A stretch of 60,138 bases of DNA, filler included, from Leucoraja ocellata (taxonomy: Eukaryota), in NCBI GenBank assembly GCA_036785375.1. It is 2 parts of 2 records of this genome, joined end to end, with 100 filler letters (N's around TTAATTAATTAA, not from the genome) between each part and the next. Parts side by side here need not be neighbours in the genome. Positions count along the whole stretch, not along the records: positions 1 to 30,883 come from JAWMAR010005384.1; positions 30,984 to 60,138 come from JAWMAR010003146.1. One strand, written 5' to 3'. The position numbers were made by a program, and so were the translations under genes. The notes below the pieces were generated by a model. The model made no database searches. It saw only the letters and a list, made by a program, of their open reading frames with translations, and was not told the origin of the DNA. Below, in pieces: positions 26,273 through 38,128 of this stretch (positions are counted from its first letter, which is position 1; each line of letters starts with the position of its first letter).

Positions 26273-26508
26273 CTACACGTGGACAGATACGCAAGGGTCA
26301 CACTGACGCGCACAAAAATACACGGACACACACGGACACGCACAGTAGCACACGGACACGAGTAGACACACACGGACACACGTAGACACACACGGATATG
26401 CGCACACACACGCGGACATGTGCAGGAGCACACGGACACGCGCGCAGACACACACAGACACGCGCACAGACACACACGGACACGCGCAGACACAGACACA
26501 GTACTTAC

Positions 26509-26538
26509 TCTTGGTGGCATTGTAGCCGCTCTTCCCCG
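26509..26538 (-). CDS. MHC class I cytoplasmic exon 1: [10 protein letters not shown]
   Basis: tgtgttttacag acceptor, A|gtaagt donor, 30 bp, phase 1-1. Carries the conserved class I cytoplasmic Tyr (GY) motif. Confidence 0.85.
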
Positions 26539-26649
26539 CTGTAAAACACAGAGACAGTTGTCAACCCTCAGCTCTCAACCCAATGACACATCGGACACGC
26601 GCTGGGCTGTGACCGGGGAGAGTGGGACAGGCAGCAGCTCAGGGCTGGG

Positions 26650-27730
26650 CCCGGCCCCCACCCCCAAACCTGCCCCAACACCCACACCGGCCCCGACATC
26701 GGTTCCCACACCCACACCAGCCCCGACATTGGTTCCCAAACCCACACCGGCCCCCGCCCCCACACCGGCCGCGCCCCCACACCGGCCCCCACACCGGCCC
26801 CCACACCCACACCGGCTCCCGCCCCCACACCGGCCCCGCCCCCACACCGGCCCCCACACCGGCCCCCGCCCCCACACCCACACCGGCCCCCACACCGGCC
26901 CCCACACCGGCCCCCGCCCCCACACCGGCCCCGCCCCCACACCGGCCCCCACACCGGCCCCCGCCCCCACACCGGCCCCGCCCCCACACCGGCCCCGCCC
27001 CCACACCGGCCCCCACACCGGCCCCCACACCCACACCGGCTCCCGCCCCCACACCGGCCCCCACACCGGCCCCCGCCCCCACACCCACACCGGCCCCCTG
27101 CACCACACCCACACCGGCTCCCGCCCCCACACCGGCCACCGCCTCCACACCCACACCGGCTCCCGCCCCCACACCGGCTCCCGCCCCCACACCGGCCCCC
27201 GCCTTCACACCGGCCCCCACACCGGCCCCTGCCCCCACACCCACACCGGCTCCCGCCCCCACACCGGCCCCCACACCGGCCCCCGCCCCCACACCGGCCC
27301 CCACACCCACACGGGCCCCCGCCCCCACACCGGCCCCCACACCCACACCGGCCCCCGCCCCCACACCGGCCCTCGCCCCCACACCGGCCCCCACACCCAC
27401 ACCCACACCGGACCCCAACCCCACACCGGCCCCCACACCCACACCCACACCCACACCCACACCCACACCGGCCCCCACACCACACCGGACCCCAACCCCA
27501 CACCGGCCCCCACACCCACACCCACACCGGCCCTCACACCCACACCCACACCGGCCCCCACACCCACACCCACACCCACACCGGCCCCCACACCCACACC
27601 GGACCCCAACCCCACACCGGCCCCCACACCCACACCGGCGCCCGCCCCCACACCGGCCCCCACACCCACACCGGCCCCCATACCCACACCGGCGCCCACA
27701 CCTACACCGGCCACCGCCCCCCACCCCCAC
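26650..27730. repeat. C-rich minisatellite built from 6-bp modules (CCACAC, CGGCCC, CCGCCC)
   Basis: 6-, 12- and 18-bp variant units; lies in the intron between the TM and first cytoplasmic exons of the class I gene. Confidence 0.93.
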
Positions 27731-28634
27731 CGGCTCCGACGACACCCGCACAGAGATGCCCGGGGGGGCGGGAGATGGCGGGGTGAGGGAGAGTGAGGGG
27801 AGACGGGGGTAAGGTGTGAGGAAACTCAGGGAAGGGGATGGGGGGTAGGGGAGGGACGGGTCGGAGGCGATGAGGGAGGGAGAGAGAGATGGGGGAGTGA
27901 GGTGGACGGAGGGTGGTGAGGAAGGGGAGAAGGTGAGATGGAGGGGATGGAGGGGGAGGGGGAGATGGAGGGGGATATGGAGGGAGATGGAGGGGGGATG
28001 GAGGGGAAGGAGTGTGGGGCAGATTGAGTTGTACTCGGTGTTTCCGCTGGGTCAGGCCAAGGGGGTGGAGGTGCCCGGAGGATGATGCAGACACATGCGG
28101 CGGGCGGGAGGTCACGTTGACCCGGGGCAGAGCTGCGGTTTGAGGGAGGAGGATTGGAGAATAATCCCCCCTCCCCCGGGGATGCAATGTGTTTGCGCTG
28201 CACGAGGGGTGGGGGAGCAGAGACTCTCAGCCCGGTGGATGTCCGGCCCGGAGCTGCCAGGCAGAGAACCAGCGGCCCAGAGCCGGCAAATGGGAGCAAT
28301 GTCCACGGGCCCCTGACGGGCAGACACGGACACGGTGGGCCGAAGGGCCTGATACTGTGTTGGCTGGACCCCCCCCCTCCCCGTGTGCGCCTACCCCCAC
28401 GTGGCAGAAGGGGGGCGGGCGGAGAGAGGTTTGATGGGGGTCTGGGGGTCTGAGGAGGGAGCGGGGAGGAGACGGGAGACAGAGGAAACAACGTGACGTC
28501 TTGTATCAGAAGAGTCGGGGGTCGGGGGGAGGTTGAAGGTCGTAGTTCGGGGGCAGGTTGAGGGGAATGGGTCGTGGGGGGGGGGAGTTGAGGAGAGGAT
28601 GCCTCTCCACTGTCTCCCCCCCCTCCACTCGTAC

Positions 28635-28742
28635 CTTGTTTCTTCTTCCAGTAGAGGACTCCCCCCACAACAGCGGCCACCACCAGCACCAGGACAACGA
28701 GCACCAGGACAATGGCCATCACGGTGCTGCCCGACTTGCGGA
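28635..28742 (-). CDS. MHC class I heavy chain, transmembrane exon: VRKSGSTVMAIVLVLVVLVLVVAAVVGGVLYWKKKQ
   Basis: acag acceptor, AAG|gtacga donor, 108 bp, phase 1-1. Hydrophobic helix followed by a basic stop-transfer KKK. Confidence 0.9.
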
Positions 28743-29064
28743 CTGTCCCATATTCACAAACACAGGCGGATGAGAGACAAACACCGGGTTCCGGATCCCC
28801 CTCCCCCCAATCATCCTTCCCCTAGTCTCACTCACCCCCCTCCCCCTTCTCTCCCCCTCATCTCCCTCCCGAGCTGCTTTCCTCCTCACCCACCTGCCCT
28901 GAGCGCTACCCCACTCCTCCTCACCAACTCTCCCACCCTCCCCCCATCTCATGCCCCCCCTCCAATCTCCCGCTCTCCCCCTCCCTCACCCAGTCCTCTA
29001 TTTCCTAACCTTCCCCTATCCTCTCTCCGATCTCCCGCTCCCCCCTCACCCCGCCCCCACTCAC

Positions 29065-29328
29065 CTAGGAAGACCTCGAGGGGCTCGGACAGCCCCGGGT
29101 GCTCCACACGACAGGAGAGCGGGGCCGTGTCCCCGGGCTCCACGTGGGCCCAGCGGCGCTGCTGGAAGGTGCCGTCGTGGTTGGGCAGCGTCCCGTGGGA
29201 GCGGCTCTCATCCAGGACCAGGCCGTCCCGCACCAGGTTCACCTCGATGGAGCGCGGGTAGAAGCCCGTGGTGAAACACCACACGCGGCTCCCATCCCCC
29301 GACAGGAAGATGCTCACCTCCGGCTGAA
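29065..29328 (-). CDS. MHC class I heavy chain, alpha3 (Ig C1-set) exon, cartilaginous-fish UAA-like
   Basis: ccccacag acceptor, G|gtgagt donor, 264 bp, phase 1-1. Translation VQPEVSIFLSGDGSRVWCFTTGFYPRSIEVNLVRDG...LPNHDGTFQ...SCRVEHPGLSEPLEVFL, with CxxxGFYP, LPNxDGTFQ and CxVxH motifs. Confidence 0.93.
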
Positions 29329-29574
29329 CTGTGGGGAGAGGCTCAGTGAGGGGGGATAGTGAGGGGAGGACAGTGAGGGGGGAAAGTGAGGGGGGCCAGT
29401 GAGTGGGGACAGTGAGGGGGGGAGGAACAGTGAGGGGGGGGCAGTGAGGGGGGGGGGGCAGTGAGGGGGGGGGCAGTGAGGGGGCGGACAGTGAGGGGGG
29501 GAAGTGAGGGGGGGACAGTGAGGGGGGCAGTGAGGGGGGAGACAGATTGAGGAGACAGAGTGAAGAGTGCTGAC

Positions 29575-30150
29575 AAGTGTTTGCCAGACAGGAAACAGAG
29601 AGTAGCGAATAACGGGTCCCTTTCAGAATGGCGGGCAGTGACTAGTGGGGAACCGCAAGGGCTCGGTGCTGGGACCAGCAGTGAGTAGTGGGGAACCGCA
29701 AGGCTCGGTGCTGGGACCAGCAGTGACTAGTGGGGAACCGCAAGGCTCGCTGCCTGGGACCAGCAGTGACTAGTGGGGAAACCGCAAGGCCTCGGCTGGG
29801 ACCAGCAGTAACTAGTGGGGAACCGCAAGGCTCGGTGCTGGGACCAGCAGTGACTAGTGGGGAACCGCAAGGCTCGGTGCTGGGACCAGGCAGTGACTAG
29901 TGGGGAACCGCAAGGCTCGGTGCTGGGACCAGCAGTGACTAGTGGGGACCCGCAAGGCTCGGTGCTGGTACTGCAGCTATTTATAATATACATCAATGAT
30001 TTGGATGATGGGATTCAAAGTAACATTAGCAACATTGCAGATGACACAAAGCTGGGTGGCAGTGTGAACTGTAAGGAGGATGTTATGAGGATTCGAGGTG
30101 ACTTGGACAGGTTGGGGGAGTGGGCAGAAACATGGCATATGCAGATATAT
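29575..30150 (+). mobile_element. CR1 RT fragment containing an 8-copy 42-bp tandem amplification (29636-29975)
   Basis: VTSGEPQGSVLGP repeated, then LFIIYINDLD...ADDTKLGG. Confidence 0.88.
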
Positions 30151-30163
30151 TAATACAGATATA

Positions 30164-30320
30164 CAGTGGCTTGCAAATGTGTTCATATCCCTTGAACATT
30201 TCCACATTTTGTCACGTTACAACCACAAATGTAAATGTATTTTATTGGGATTTTATGTGATAGACCAACACAAAGTGGTGCATAATTGTGAAGTGGAAGG
30301 AAACTGATACATGGTTTTCA
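30164..30320 (+). mobile_element. Tc1-like transposon end fragment
   Basis: TA|CAGTGGCTTGCAAATGTGTTCATATCCCTTGAAC terminus followed by sequence resembling fish/amphibian Tc1 TIRs. Confidence 0.7.
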
Positions 30321-30883
30321 GTGAGGGGGGGGGGCAGTGAGGGGGGTTCAGCGAGGGGGGAGACAGTGAGGGCGACTCAGTGAGGGGGAAACAGTGAGGG
30401 GCGGCTCATTGAATGGGTGACAGTGAGGGGGGGGCAGTGAGGGGGGGCTCAGTGAGGGGGAGACAGTGAGGGGGGCACAGTGAGGGGGGAACGTGAGGGG
30501 GGAACGTGAGGAGGAGGCTCAGTGAGAGGGAGACATTGAGGGGGAGACAGTGAGGGGAGACAGTGAGGGGGGGACAGTGAGGGGGGGGCAGTGAGGGGGG
30601 AGACAGTGAGGGGAGAGCAGTGAGGGGGAGACACTGAGGAGGGGACAGTGAGGGGGGACAGTGAGGGGGAGACAGTGAGGGGGATACAGTGAGGGGGGTC
30701 CGTGAGGGGGGGGCTCAGTGAGGGTGGAGTCAGTGAGGGGGGGACGAGTGAGGGGGGACAGTGAGGGGGGGCAGTGAGAGGGGGGCAGTGAGGGGGGCAG
30801 TGAGCGGGGGGCAGTGAGAGGGAGACAGTGAGGGGGGTACAGTGAGGGGGGGACACTGAGGGGGGGACAGTAAGGGGGGCTCA

Positions 30884-30983
30884 NNNNNNNNNNNNNNNNN
30901 NNNNNNNNNNNNNNNNNNNNNNNNNNNTTAATTAATTAANNNNNNNNNNNNNNNNNNNNNNNNNNNNNNNNNNNNNNNNNNNN
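30884..30983. other. Artificial spacer / assembly junction: 44 N + TTAATTAATTAA + 44 N
   Basis: Exactly 100 bp and symmetric. The central 12-mer is palindromic and puts stop codons in all six frames, as used in contig-concatenation linkers. Confidence 0.97.
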
Positions 30984-32149
30984 TCAGTCTTTGCTATTCT
31001 TTTAAACTTGAAGCACCTGATCTGTGGAAGGTTTTGAACTTTTAATCACATGTTTTCCCTCTGCTTTTGAAGTATTCTGACAAGTGTGGCGAGCTTTCTG
31101 TAGGAGTGGCAGAACACTGCTGGTTTACACTTCAGAAGTCTGTTCATTGATCTTGGTTTAAGATCATCATGAAAGACACTGTGGTGTCTGTTCACCTGCA
31201 ACTCTCGTGGCTTTTGAAAACACGAGTTAATTGACTTTCCTCGTAAAGAGGTGTGAAGTACAATTTGATATATAAATATCAAAATTAATTTTGGTGTTGA
31301 ATTACAAGCACAATAACGGTGTCTCCCAAACAAAGATCTTATTATCTCTTGTCAAGATGTGAAGTGATTTTGTTGATTGTGACACGGCTCAGATTGCTGT
31401 AACAGGCTACAGAATGAAGTCGGCAGAGTTTGTGGCAATGACACATCTCTCCCTGATGAGCGCAATGTGTTTTGTGGTGATTTTGAACAGTAGATCAATG
31501 GGCTGATGTTGACTGCACCAACAGCCTCGGGTGTATCTCTACACACAGTCACCATCACACACATCAGATCGGTCTTTCTGAGATTGGAAACCCCTGGAAA
31601 CTGACTGGCAAGGAAGGAGACTTGTCTGTGTCCTCAGAACCTGTACGGACTAGCTGGCAGGAGCATCCGCTGACATATTTAACTTTGTCCTACTCCAAAC
31701 TGAGATTCCCACCTGATTGAAGAAGACCGTTATCCTCTTGGTGACAAGGTAGCGTGCCTTAGTGACTACTGCCCAGTGGATCTGACATCCATCATCAATC
31801 AGCATGTGCTTCAAGAGGCCGGTCATGGTGCACATCGTCATCAGACTCCCAGACAGCCTTGATCCACTGCCACAACAAGTCAATACACAATAGGTGCAGG
31901 AGTAGGCCATTCGGCCCTTCGAGCCAGCACCGCCATTCAATGTGATCATGGCTGATCATCCCCAATCAGTACCCCGTTCCTGCCTTCTCCCCATATCCCC
32001 TGACTCCGCTAGTTTTAAGAGCCCTATCTAGCTCTCTCTTGAAAGCATCCAGAGAACCTGCCTCCACCACCCTCTGAGGCAGAGACCTTGGCAGATGACA
32101 TCTCCATGGCCCCACCCTCGTCCCCAGAACATCAGGATAACAAGGACAT

Positions 32150-33670
32150 TGATGTAGATGTGACTCTATTCACTATGGGTCCACATTCAATGCCATAATT
32201 CCAACCAAACTCAAGTCCAGACTCCTGGACTAGGGCTCAGTGCAGCCCTCTGCAACTGGATCCTTGACTTCCTGATCCGGAGACTGCAATGAGCAAGGAT
32301 AGGCAACGAAACATCCTCCACAATTCTCAACACCAATGCCCCAAAGGGATGCATTCTCATCCCCTTACTTTCCTCCGTAAACTCTCAAGACTGTGTGGCC
32401 AAATTCAACTCGGACTCCGTTTATACATTTGCAGATGACAGCGCCATGCTGAGCTAGATCTCGACCAATGATGAAACAGAGAGCTTAGTAGCGTCACGTC
32501 AAGACAACAACCACTCCCTCAGTGACAGCAAATTACAAGAGTTGGTCAATAACTTCAGGAAGTGGGGTGGTGTACACGCCCCAGTCTACATCAGTGGGGA
32601 CGGTCAGAAGTTTCAGGTTTGCTCGGTGTAAATATCACCCACGGCAAGTATCACCTACTTTCCCAGCACGGCCAAGAAAGTACACCAACACCTCTACTTC
32701 CTCAGAAAGGGGCAGCGTTAGAGTTGCTGCCTCACAGCGAATGCACGCTGGAGACCCGGGTTCGATCTTGACTACGGCTGCTGTTTGTACGGAGTTTGTA
32801 CGTTCTCCCCGTGACCTGCGTGGGTTTTCTTTGAGATCTTCGGTTTCCTCCCACACTCCAAAGACGTACAGGTTTGTAGGTTAATTGGTTTGGTAAATGC
32901 AAAAATTGTCCCTAGTGGGTGTAGGATAGTGTTAATATGTGGGGATCGCTGGTTGACGTGGACCCGGTGGGCTGAAAGGGCGTGTTTCCACGCCATATCT
33001 CGAAACTAAACTAAAAAAAATTGATATCTCTCCAATAACTCTTACCAATTTCTACTGATACTCCAATATAATGTGATGTGTTGGAATGTATCACAGGTTG
33101 ATGTGGCAATTGTTTGGTCCATCACAAAAATAGCAGAGTTGTGAAAGCAGCAGGTCCAAACTTTAAATGTGACGTATTCATTAGCCATTTGAGTTACTTC
33201 TGTTAACTCTTTCTGCATTCAGTTTTGTATTCAGCTTGCTTTTAATTCTGCTACTTCTCATTCACTCCATATGTTCTATCATGGTTTGAATCTATTTTAC
33301 AGTACCTTTTTGAAGGCCTTATAATCAATTCCTGTTTTCAATAGAGTTGTGGTTCAGAACTTTTACAGTTCTGCTGGAGGTTCAACTTTTATAATTAGTG
33401 GTTTTTCTTTATTGGGATGCGTCGCAGCTTGGTTTGGGGCCAGCTTCATCCAAGACTGCAAGAAATGGCAGAGAATTGTGGACGCAGCCCAGACCATCAC
33501 ACAAACCAACCTCCCCTCTCTTCCATTGGCAAGGCCACCAGCATAATCAAGGATGAGTTGCACCTCTCTTCTCCCCTCTCCCATCAAGCAAGAGCTACAG
33601 AAGTGTGAAAACACACACCCCCACATTCAGCGAGTTTCTTCCCAGCTGTTATCAGGCAACTGAACCACCC
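32150..33670 (+). mobile_element. Old, degenerate Rex1/Babar-like fragments, interrupted by a SINE
   Basis: Decayed CNWILDFL, APKGCILIPLL, FADD and QRIVDAAQTITQT motifs. Confidence 0.55.
32710..33015 (+). mobile_element. tRNA-derived V-SINE (HE1-like)
   Basis: tRNA-like head with B box GGTTCGATC; V-domain GGAGTTTGTACGTTCTCCCCGTG...GGTTTCCTCCCACA; CR1-type tail ending (CTAAA)n. Confidence 0.85.
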
Positions 33671-33715
33671 TACTGGATAATTAGACAACTGGGATTCTTG
33701 AAACTTTAGACAACA

Positions 33716-34017
33716 CAGTGGTGCAGCAGTAGAGTTGGTGCCTTACAGCGCCAGATCCCCAGGTTGGATCCCAACCACAGGTGCTGTCTGTATGGAGTTT
33801 GTACATTCTCCCTGTGACCACATGGGTTTTCTCCGAGCACTCCGATTTCAGCCTACATTCCAAAGATATAGAGGTTTTCAAGTTAATAGACTTGCCCCTA
33901 GTGGGTAGGATATAAAACTGGGTAACATGGAACTTGGTGCTTGGGTGATCATTGGTTTGCACAGACTCGGTGGGCACAAGTGCTTGGTTCCATGTTGTAT
34001 CTCTAAAATAAACTAAA
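33716..34017 (+). mobile_element. tRNA-derived V-SINE (HE1-like)
   Basis: Same head, V-domain and tail architecture. Further partial copies at about 39140-39340, 43578-43775 and 60033-60138 (-). Confidence 0.8.
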
Positions 34018-34454
34018 TTCTAATGTGATGTTTATATTCAACTAAACTCTTTATAATTTCTTGGGAACTTTACTTTCAAAAAGAAAATAAATCTCTCTGA
34101 AAGGAGAAACAAAGTCAACCTGTATGGGTAGGAACTGTTTAAACCGAAGACAGACACTCAGCGGGACAGGCAGCATCTCTGGAGAGAAGGGATGGGTGCC
34201 ATTTTGGGTTGAGACCCTTTTTCAGACTGATTAGATTCAGTCTAAAGAAGGTTCTCGACCCGAAACATCACCCATTCCTTCTCTCCAGAGATGCTGCCTG
34301 TCCCGCTGAGTTGCATTTTGTGTCTAACAAAGTCAATATTTCAGGTTAAGACCAATCACCTAGTTACATTAATTCTTTGCTCTGGCCACAAGGCTGATGG
34401 CCTGATTAATCTTTCCAGCACCTTCGGTTTATCTCAGATTTGCCACGTTCCTAC

Positions 34455-35030
34455 GGCAGCTGAGGAAACACACAATCTGCCACAGGCAATGATGGTCCAA
34501 TTCTATACTGTCATCATAGAGTCTGTCCTCACCTTCTCCATCATGGTCTGGTTTGGCTCAGCCACCAAGCACGACATCCAGAGGCTGCAGCGAATAGTCC
34601 GATCCGCGGAGAAGGTTATTGGCAGCAACCTTCCCTCCATTGATGAACCATACACTGCAAGGGCCAGGAAGCGAGGGGGTAAGATTGTCTCTGCCCCTCA
34701 CACCCTGGCCACAAACTCTTTGAATCACTTCCCTCTGGAAGGCGACTCCGGACTGTCAAAGCTGCCACCGCCAGACATAAAAGCAGGTAGTAGCTCTACT
34801 TAATAACCAAAGGTCTAGCCTCCATTTGCTCTGGTATTTTATTTCATTCACATGTTTAAACTAAAATGTCTATTCTTAATGTTTTATGTTTTGTTATTAG
34901 TTGTTTACTGTATGTCGTGTTGTTACTTGTGAATGGAGCACCAAGGCAAATTCCTTGTATGTGTACATACTTGGCCAATAAACTTCCTTCATTCATTCAT
35001 TAGTTCATTAATTAATTCATTCATTCATCT
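34455..35030 (+). mobile_element. Rex1/Babar LINE 3' end
   Basis: FYTVIIESVLTFSIMVWFG...LQRIVRSAEKVIG (ORF 34291-34803); (TTCA)n tail. Confidence 0.8.
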
Positions 35031-35279
35031 GCGGTGTTTTGCTTTTGAAAAGGTTTGAAATTCATGTTGCTGCCAAGCCCAAAGGCACGAGTTGATTTAT
35101 GGAGAACTTGAAAAATAATATCTACCTGGCCGTCTGCTCCTGTAAAAAAACGTTTGTTTTTTTTATTATTGAAGTGGGTGGGGTGAAGATCAATGAAAAC
35201 TAAATGATCAGTACAGCTGCTGACATGCCTGAAGCTATGGCTGCACTCCCATTAAAACCTTTTGGTTTTATGCCATATG

Positions 35280-37017
35280 CATTGCCCTCCATAATGTTTG
35301 GGACAAAGACCCGTCATTTATTTATTTGATCTGTGCTCCACAATTTGAGATTTGCAATAGAAAAAAATCACATGTGGTTAAAGTGCACATTGTCAGATTT
35401 TAATTAAGGCCATTTTTATACATTTTGGTTTCACCATGTAGAAATCACAGCTGTGTTTATACATAATCCCCCATTTCAGGGCACCATAATGTTTGGGACA
35501 CAGCAATGTCCTGTAAATGAAACTAGTCATGTTTAGTATTTTGGTGCAAATCCTTTGCATGCAATGACTGCTTGAAGTCTGCGATGCATGGACATCAACA
35601 TTTGCTGGGTGACTTCTCTGGTACGGCTCTGCCAAACCTGTATTGCAGCCATCTTTAGCTTATGCTTGATTTGGGGGCTAGTCCCCTTCAGTTTTCTCTT
35701 CATCATATACATAGAAACGTAGAAAATAGGTGCAGGAGTTGGCCATTCAATATGATCATGGCTGATCATCCAACTCAGTATCCTGTACCTGCCTTCTCTC
35801 CATACCCCCTGATCCCTTTAGCCACAAGTGCCACATCCAACTCAAAATTCAGATCGGGTGATTGACTTCACCATTCCAGAATTGACCGTTTTTTAGCTTT
35901 GAAAAATTCCTTTGTTGCTTTAGCAGTTTGTTTGGGATCATTGTCTTACTGTAGAATGAACCGCCGGCCAATGAGTTTTTAGGCATTTGTTTGAACTTGA
36001 GCAGATAGGACGTGTCTATACACTTCAGAATTCATTATGCTACTACCATCAGCAGTTGTATCATCAATGAAGATAAGTGAGCCAATACCTTCAGTAGCCA
36101 TACATGCCCAGGCCACAACACCCCCACCACTGTGTTTCACAGATGAGGTGGTATGCTTTGGATCTTGAGCAGTTCATTCTCTCCTCTATACTTTGCTCTT
36201 GCCATCATTCTGATACAAGTTAATCTTCATCTCATCTGCCCACAAGACCTTTTTCCCGAACTGGGGTTGCTATTTTAAGTACTTCTTGGCAAACTGTAAC
36301 CTGGACATCCTATTTTTGCAGCTAACCAGTGGTTTGCATCTTGCAGTGTAGCCTCTGTATTTCTGTTCATGAAGTCTTCAGCAGACAGTGGTCATTGACA
36401 AATCCACACCTGACTCCTGAAGAGTGTTTCTGATCTGTCGGACAGGTGTTTGGGGACCTTTCTTTATTATAGAGAGAATTCTTCTGTCATCAGCTGTAGA
36501 GGTCTTCCTTGGCCTGCCAGTCCCTTTGTGATTAGTAAGCTCACCAGTGCTCTTTGTTCTTGATGATGTTCCAAACAGTTGATTTTGGTAAGCCTAAGGT
36601 TTGGCTGATGCCTTAACAATTTTATTCTCATAATGGATTATTTGACTTTCATTGGCACAACTTTGGTCCTCACGTTGATAAACAGCAATAAAAGTTTCCA
36701 AAGGTGATGGAAAGACTGGAGGAAAGACTAGTGATGAGAGCTGTCTTATACCTGCATTAAGAAGGCAATTAAACACACCTGAGCAATACAATGAAGCCAT
36801 CAAACATTATGGTGCCCTGAAAAGGGGGGACTATGTATAAACACAGCTGTAATTTCTACATGGTGAAACCAAAATGTATAAAAATAGCATTTAATCAAAT
36901 CTGACAATGTGCTTTTAACCACATGTGATTTATTTCTATCACATATATCAAATTGTGGAATACGGAGGCAAATAAATAAATGATGGGTCTTTGTCCCAAA
37001 CATTATGGAAGGCACTG
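35280..37017 (-). mobile_element. Tc1/mariner transposon, near full length, IR/DR-type TIRs, dead transposase; CR1 3' fragment inserted at about 35707-35843
   Basis: TIRs of about 220 bp (CA.TGCC.TCCATAATGTTTGGGACAAAGAC) with inner repeats; TA at the right end, TG at the left; motifs Q*DNDPK, W*SQSPDLN and RRLQAVIACKG on the - strand. Confidence 0.9.
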
Positions 37018-37571
37018 TATGCTGGATGTAGTTCATGTAATTATGCAATTTAATTACAGGGCTGCTTACTTTAAATTGGTTTTAAATGGCGTTAAAAGAG
37101 AGGACATTTGCATAAATACTGTGAGTGTTTATGTGAGGGTTGTGGCTGTTACAAAATGTACTTTGAGGTCTGCCAATGATGGTAGTTGGGATTATAATAA
37201 ACCTGCTTAATGACCGCAGTCAGCACGTGAAGAAAGAAACAATTATTCTGATTTATATTATCTCCTTTAGGTTCTTGTGCTGTTCCTTCAACAGCATAGA
37301 AATCATTTGTTCTCATCCTCTGTCTCGGCCTGAAATGTCACTTATCCATGTACTCCAGCACTCAGTGTCCTTTAGTGTATTAACCAGCATCTGCAGTTAG
37401 GGCATAAAGTCCTATGGGCTGCACAGTGAATGTGAATGCAGTCCTGAGTAACGTGCCTTACTCACCTTTACCTAACATGAGCGATAACTGATAATGTCAT
37501 AGCACAGCAGCAGCCTCAATATCCATGTCCCCATTGTACCCATCCATGCTAATCTCAGTTATCCACATTAA

Positions 37572-38128
37572 CATAGAAACATAGAAACATAGAAATTAGG
37601 TGCAGGAGTAGGCCATTCGGCCATTCGAGCCTGCACCGCCATTCAATACGATCATGGCTGATCATCCAACTCAGTATCTCGTACCTGCCTTCTCTCCATA
37701 CCCCCTGATCCCTTTAGCCACAAGGGCCACATCTAACTCCCTCTTAAATATAGCCAATGAACTGGTCTCAACTACCCTCTGTGGCAGAGAGTTCCAGAGA
37801 TTCACCACTCTCTGTGTGAAAAAAGTTCTTCTCATCTCGGTTTTAAAGGATTTCCCCCTTATCCTTAAGCTGTGACCCCTTGTCCTGGACTTCCCTAACA
37901 TCGGGAACAATCTTCCTGCATCTAGCCTGTCCAACCCCTTAAGAATTTGTAAGTTTCTATAAGATCCCCTCTCAATCTCCTAAATTCTAAAGAGTATAAA
38001 CCAAGTCTATCCAGTCTTTCTTCATAAGACAGTCCTGACATCCCAGGAATCAGTCTGGTGAACCGTCTCTGCACTCCCTCTATGGCAATAATGTCCTTCC
38101 TCAGATTTAGAGACCAAAACTGTACGCA
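37572..38128 (-). mobile_element. CR1/HER1-like LINE 3' fragment
   Basis: ORF 37671-37934; (ACATAGAA)n tail. Confidence 0.9.

Larger units (their letters stand above)
29343..30883. repeat. G-rich minisatellite (CAGTGAG + G-run, about 14-17 bp unit), interrupted by CR1 and Tc1 fragments and running into the spacer
   Basis: Arrays at 29343-29565 and 30319-30883. Confidence 0.92.

Noticed and set aside
26420-27812. Long Pro/Thr/Ala or His/Gly-rich ORFs (up to 458 aa) suggesting a mucin-like stalk or extensin
   Set aside because: The minisatellite is built from 6-bp modules and so is open in most frames on both strands. It lies in the intron between two well-defined class I exons.
27826-28722. 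298-aa single-exon membrane protein
   Set aside because: Only the first 30 or so codons are the class I TM exon; the rest is read-through past the donor into GC-rich intron.
32710-32775. tRNA gene
   Set aside because: The tRNA-like A/B boxes are the head of a V-SINE; no complete cloverleaf.
37460-37550. Minus-strand GDMD motif near a donor-like site, resembling the Pol beta active site
   Set aside because: Wrong strand for POLB, a stop follows within a few codons, and there is no further similarity.
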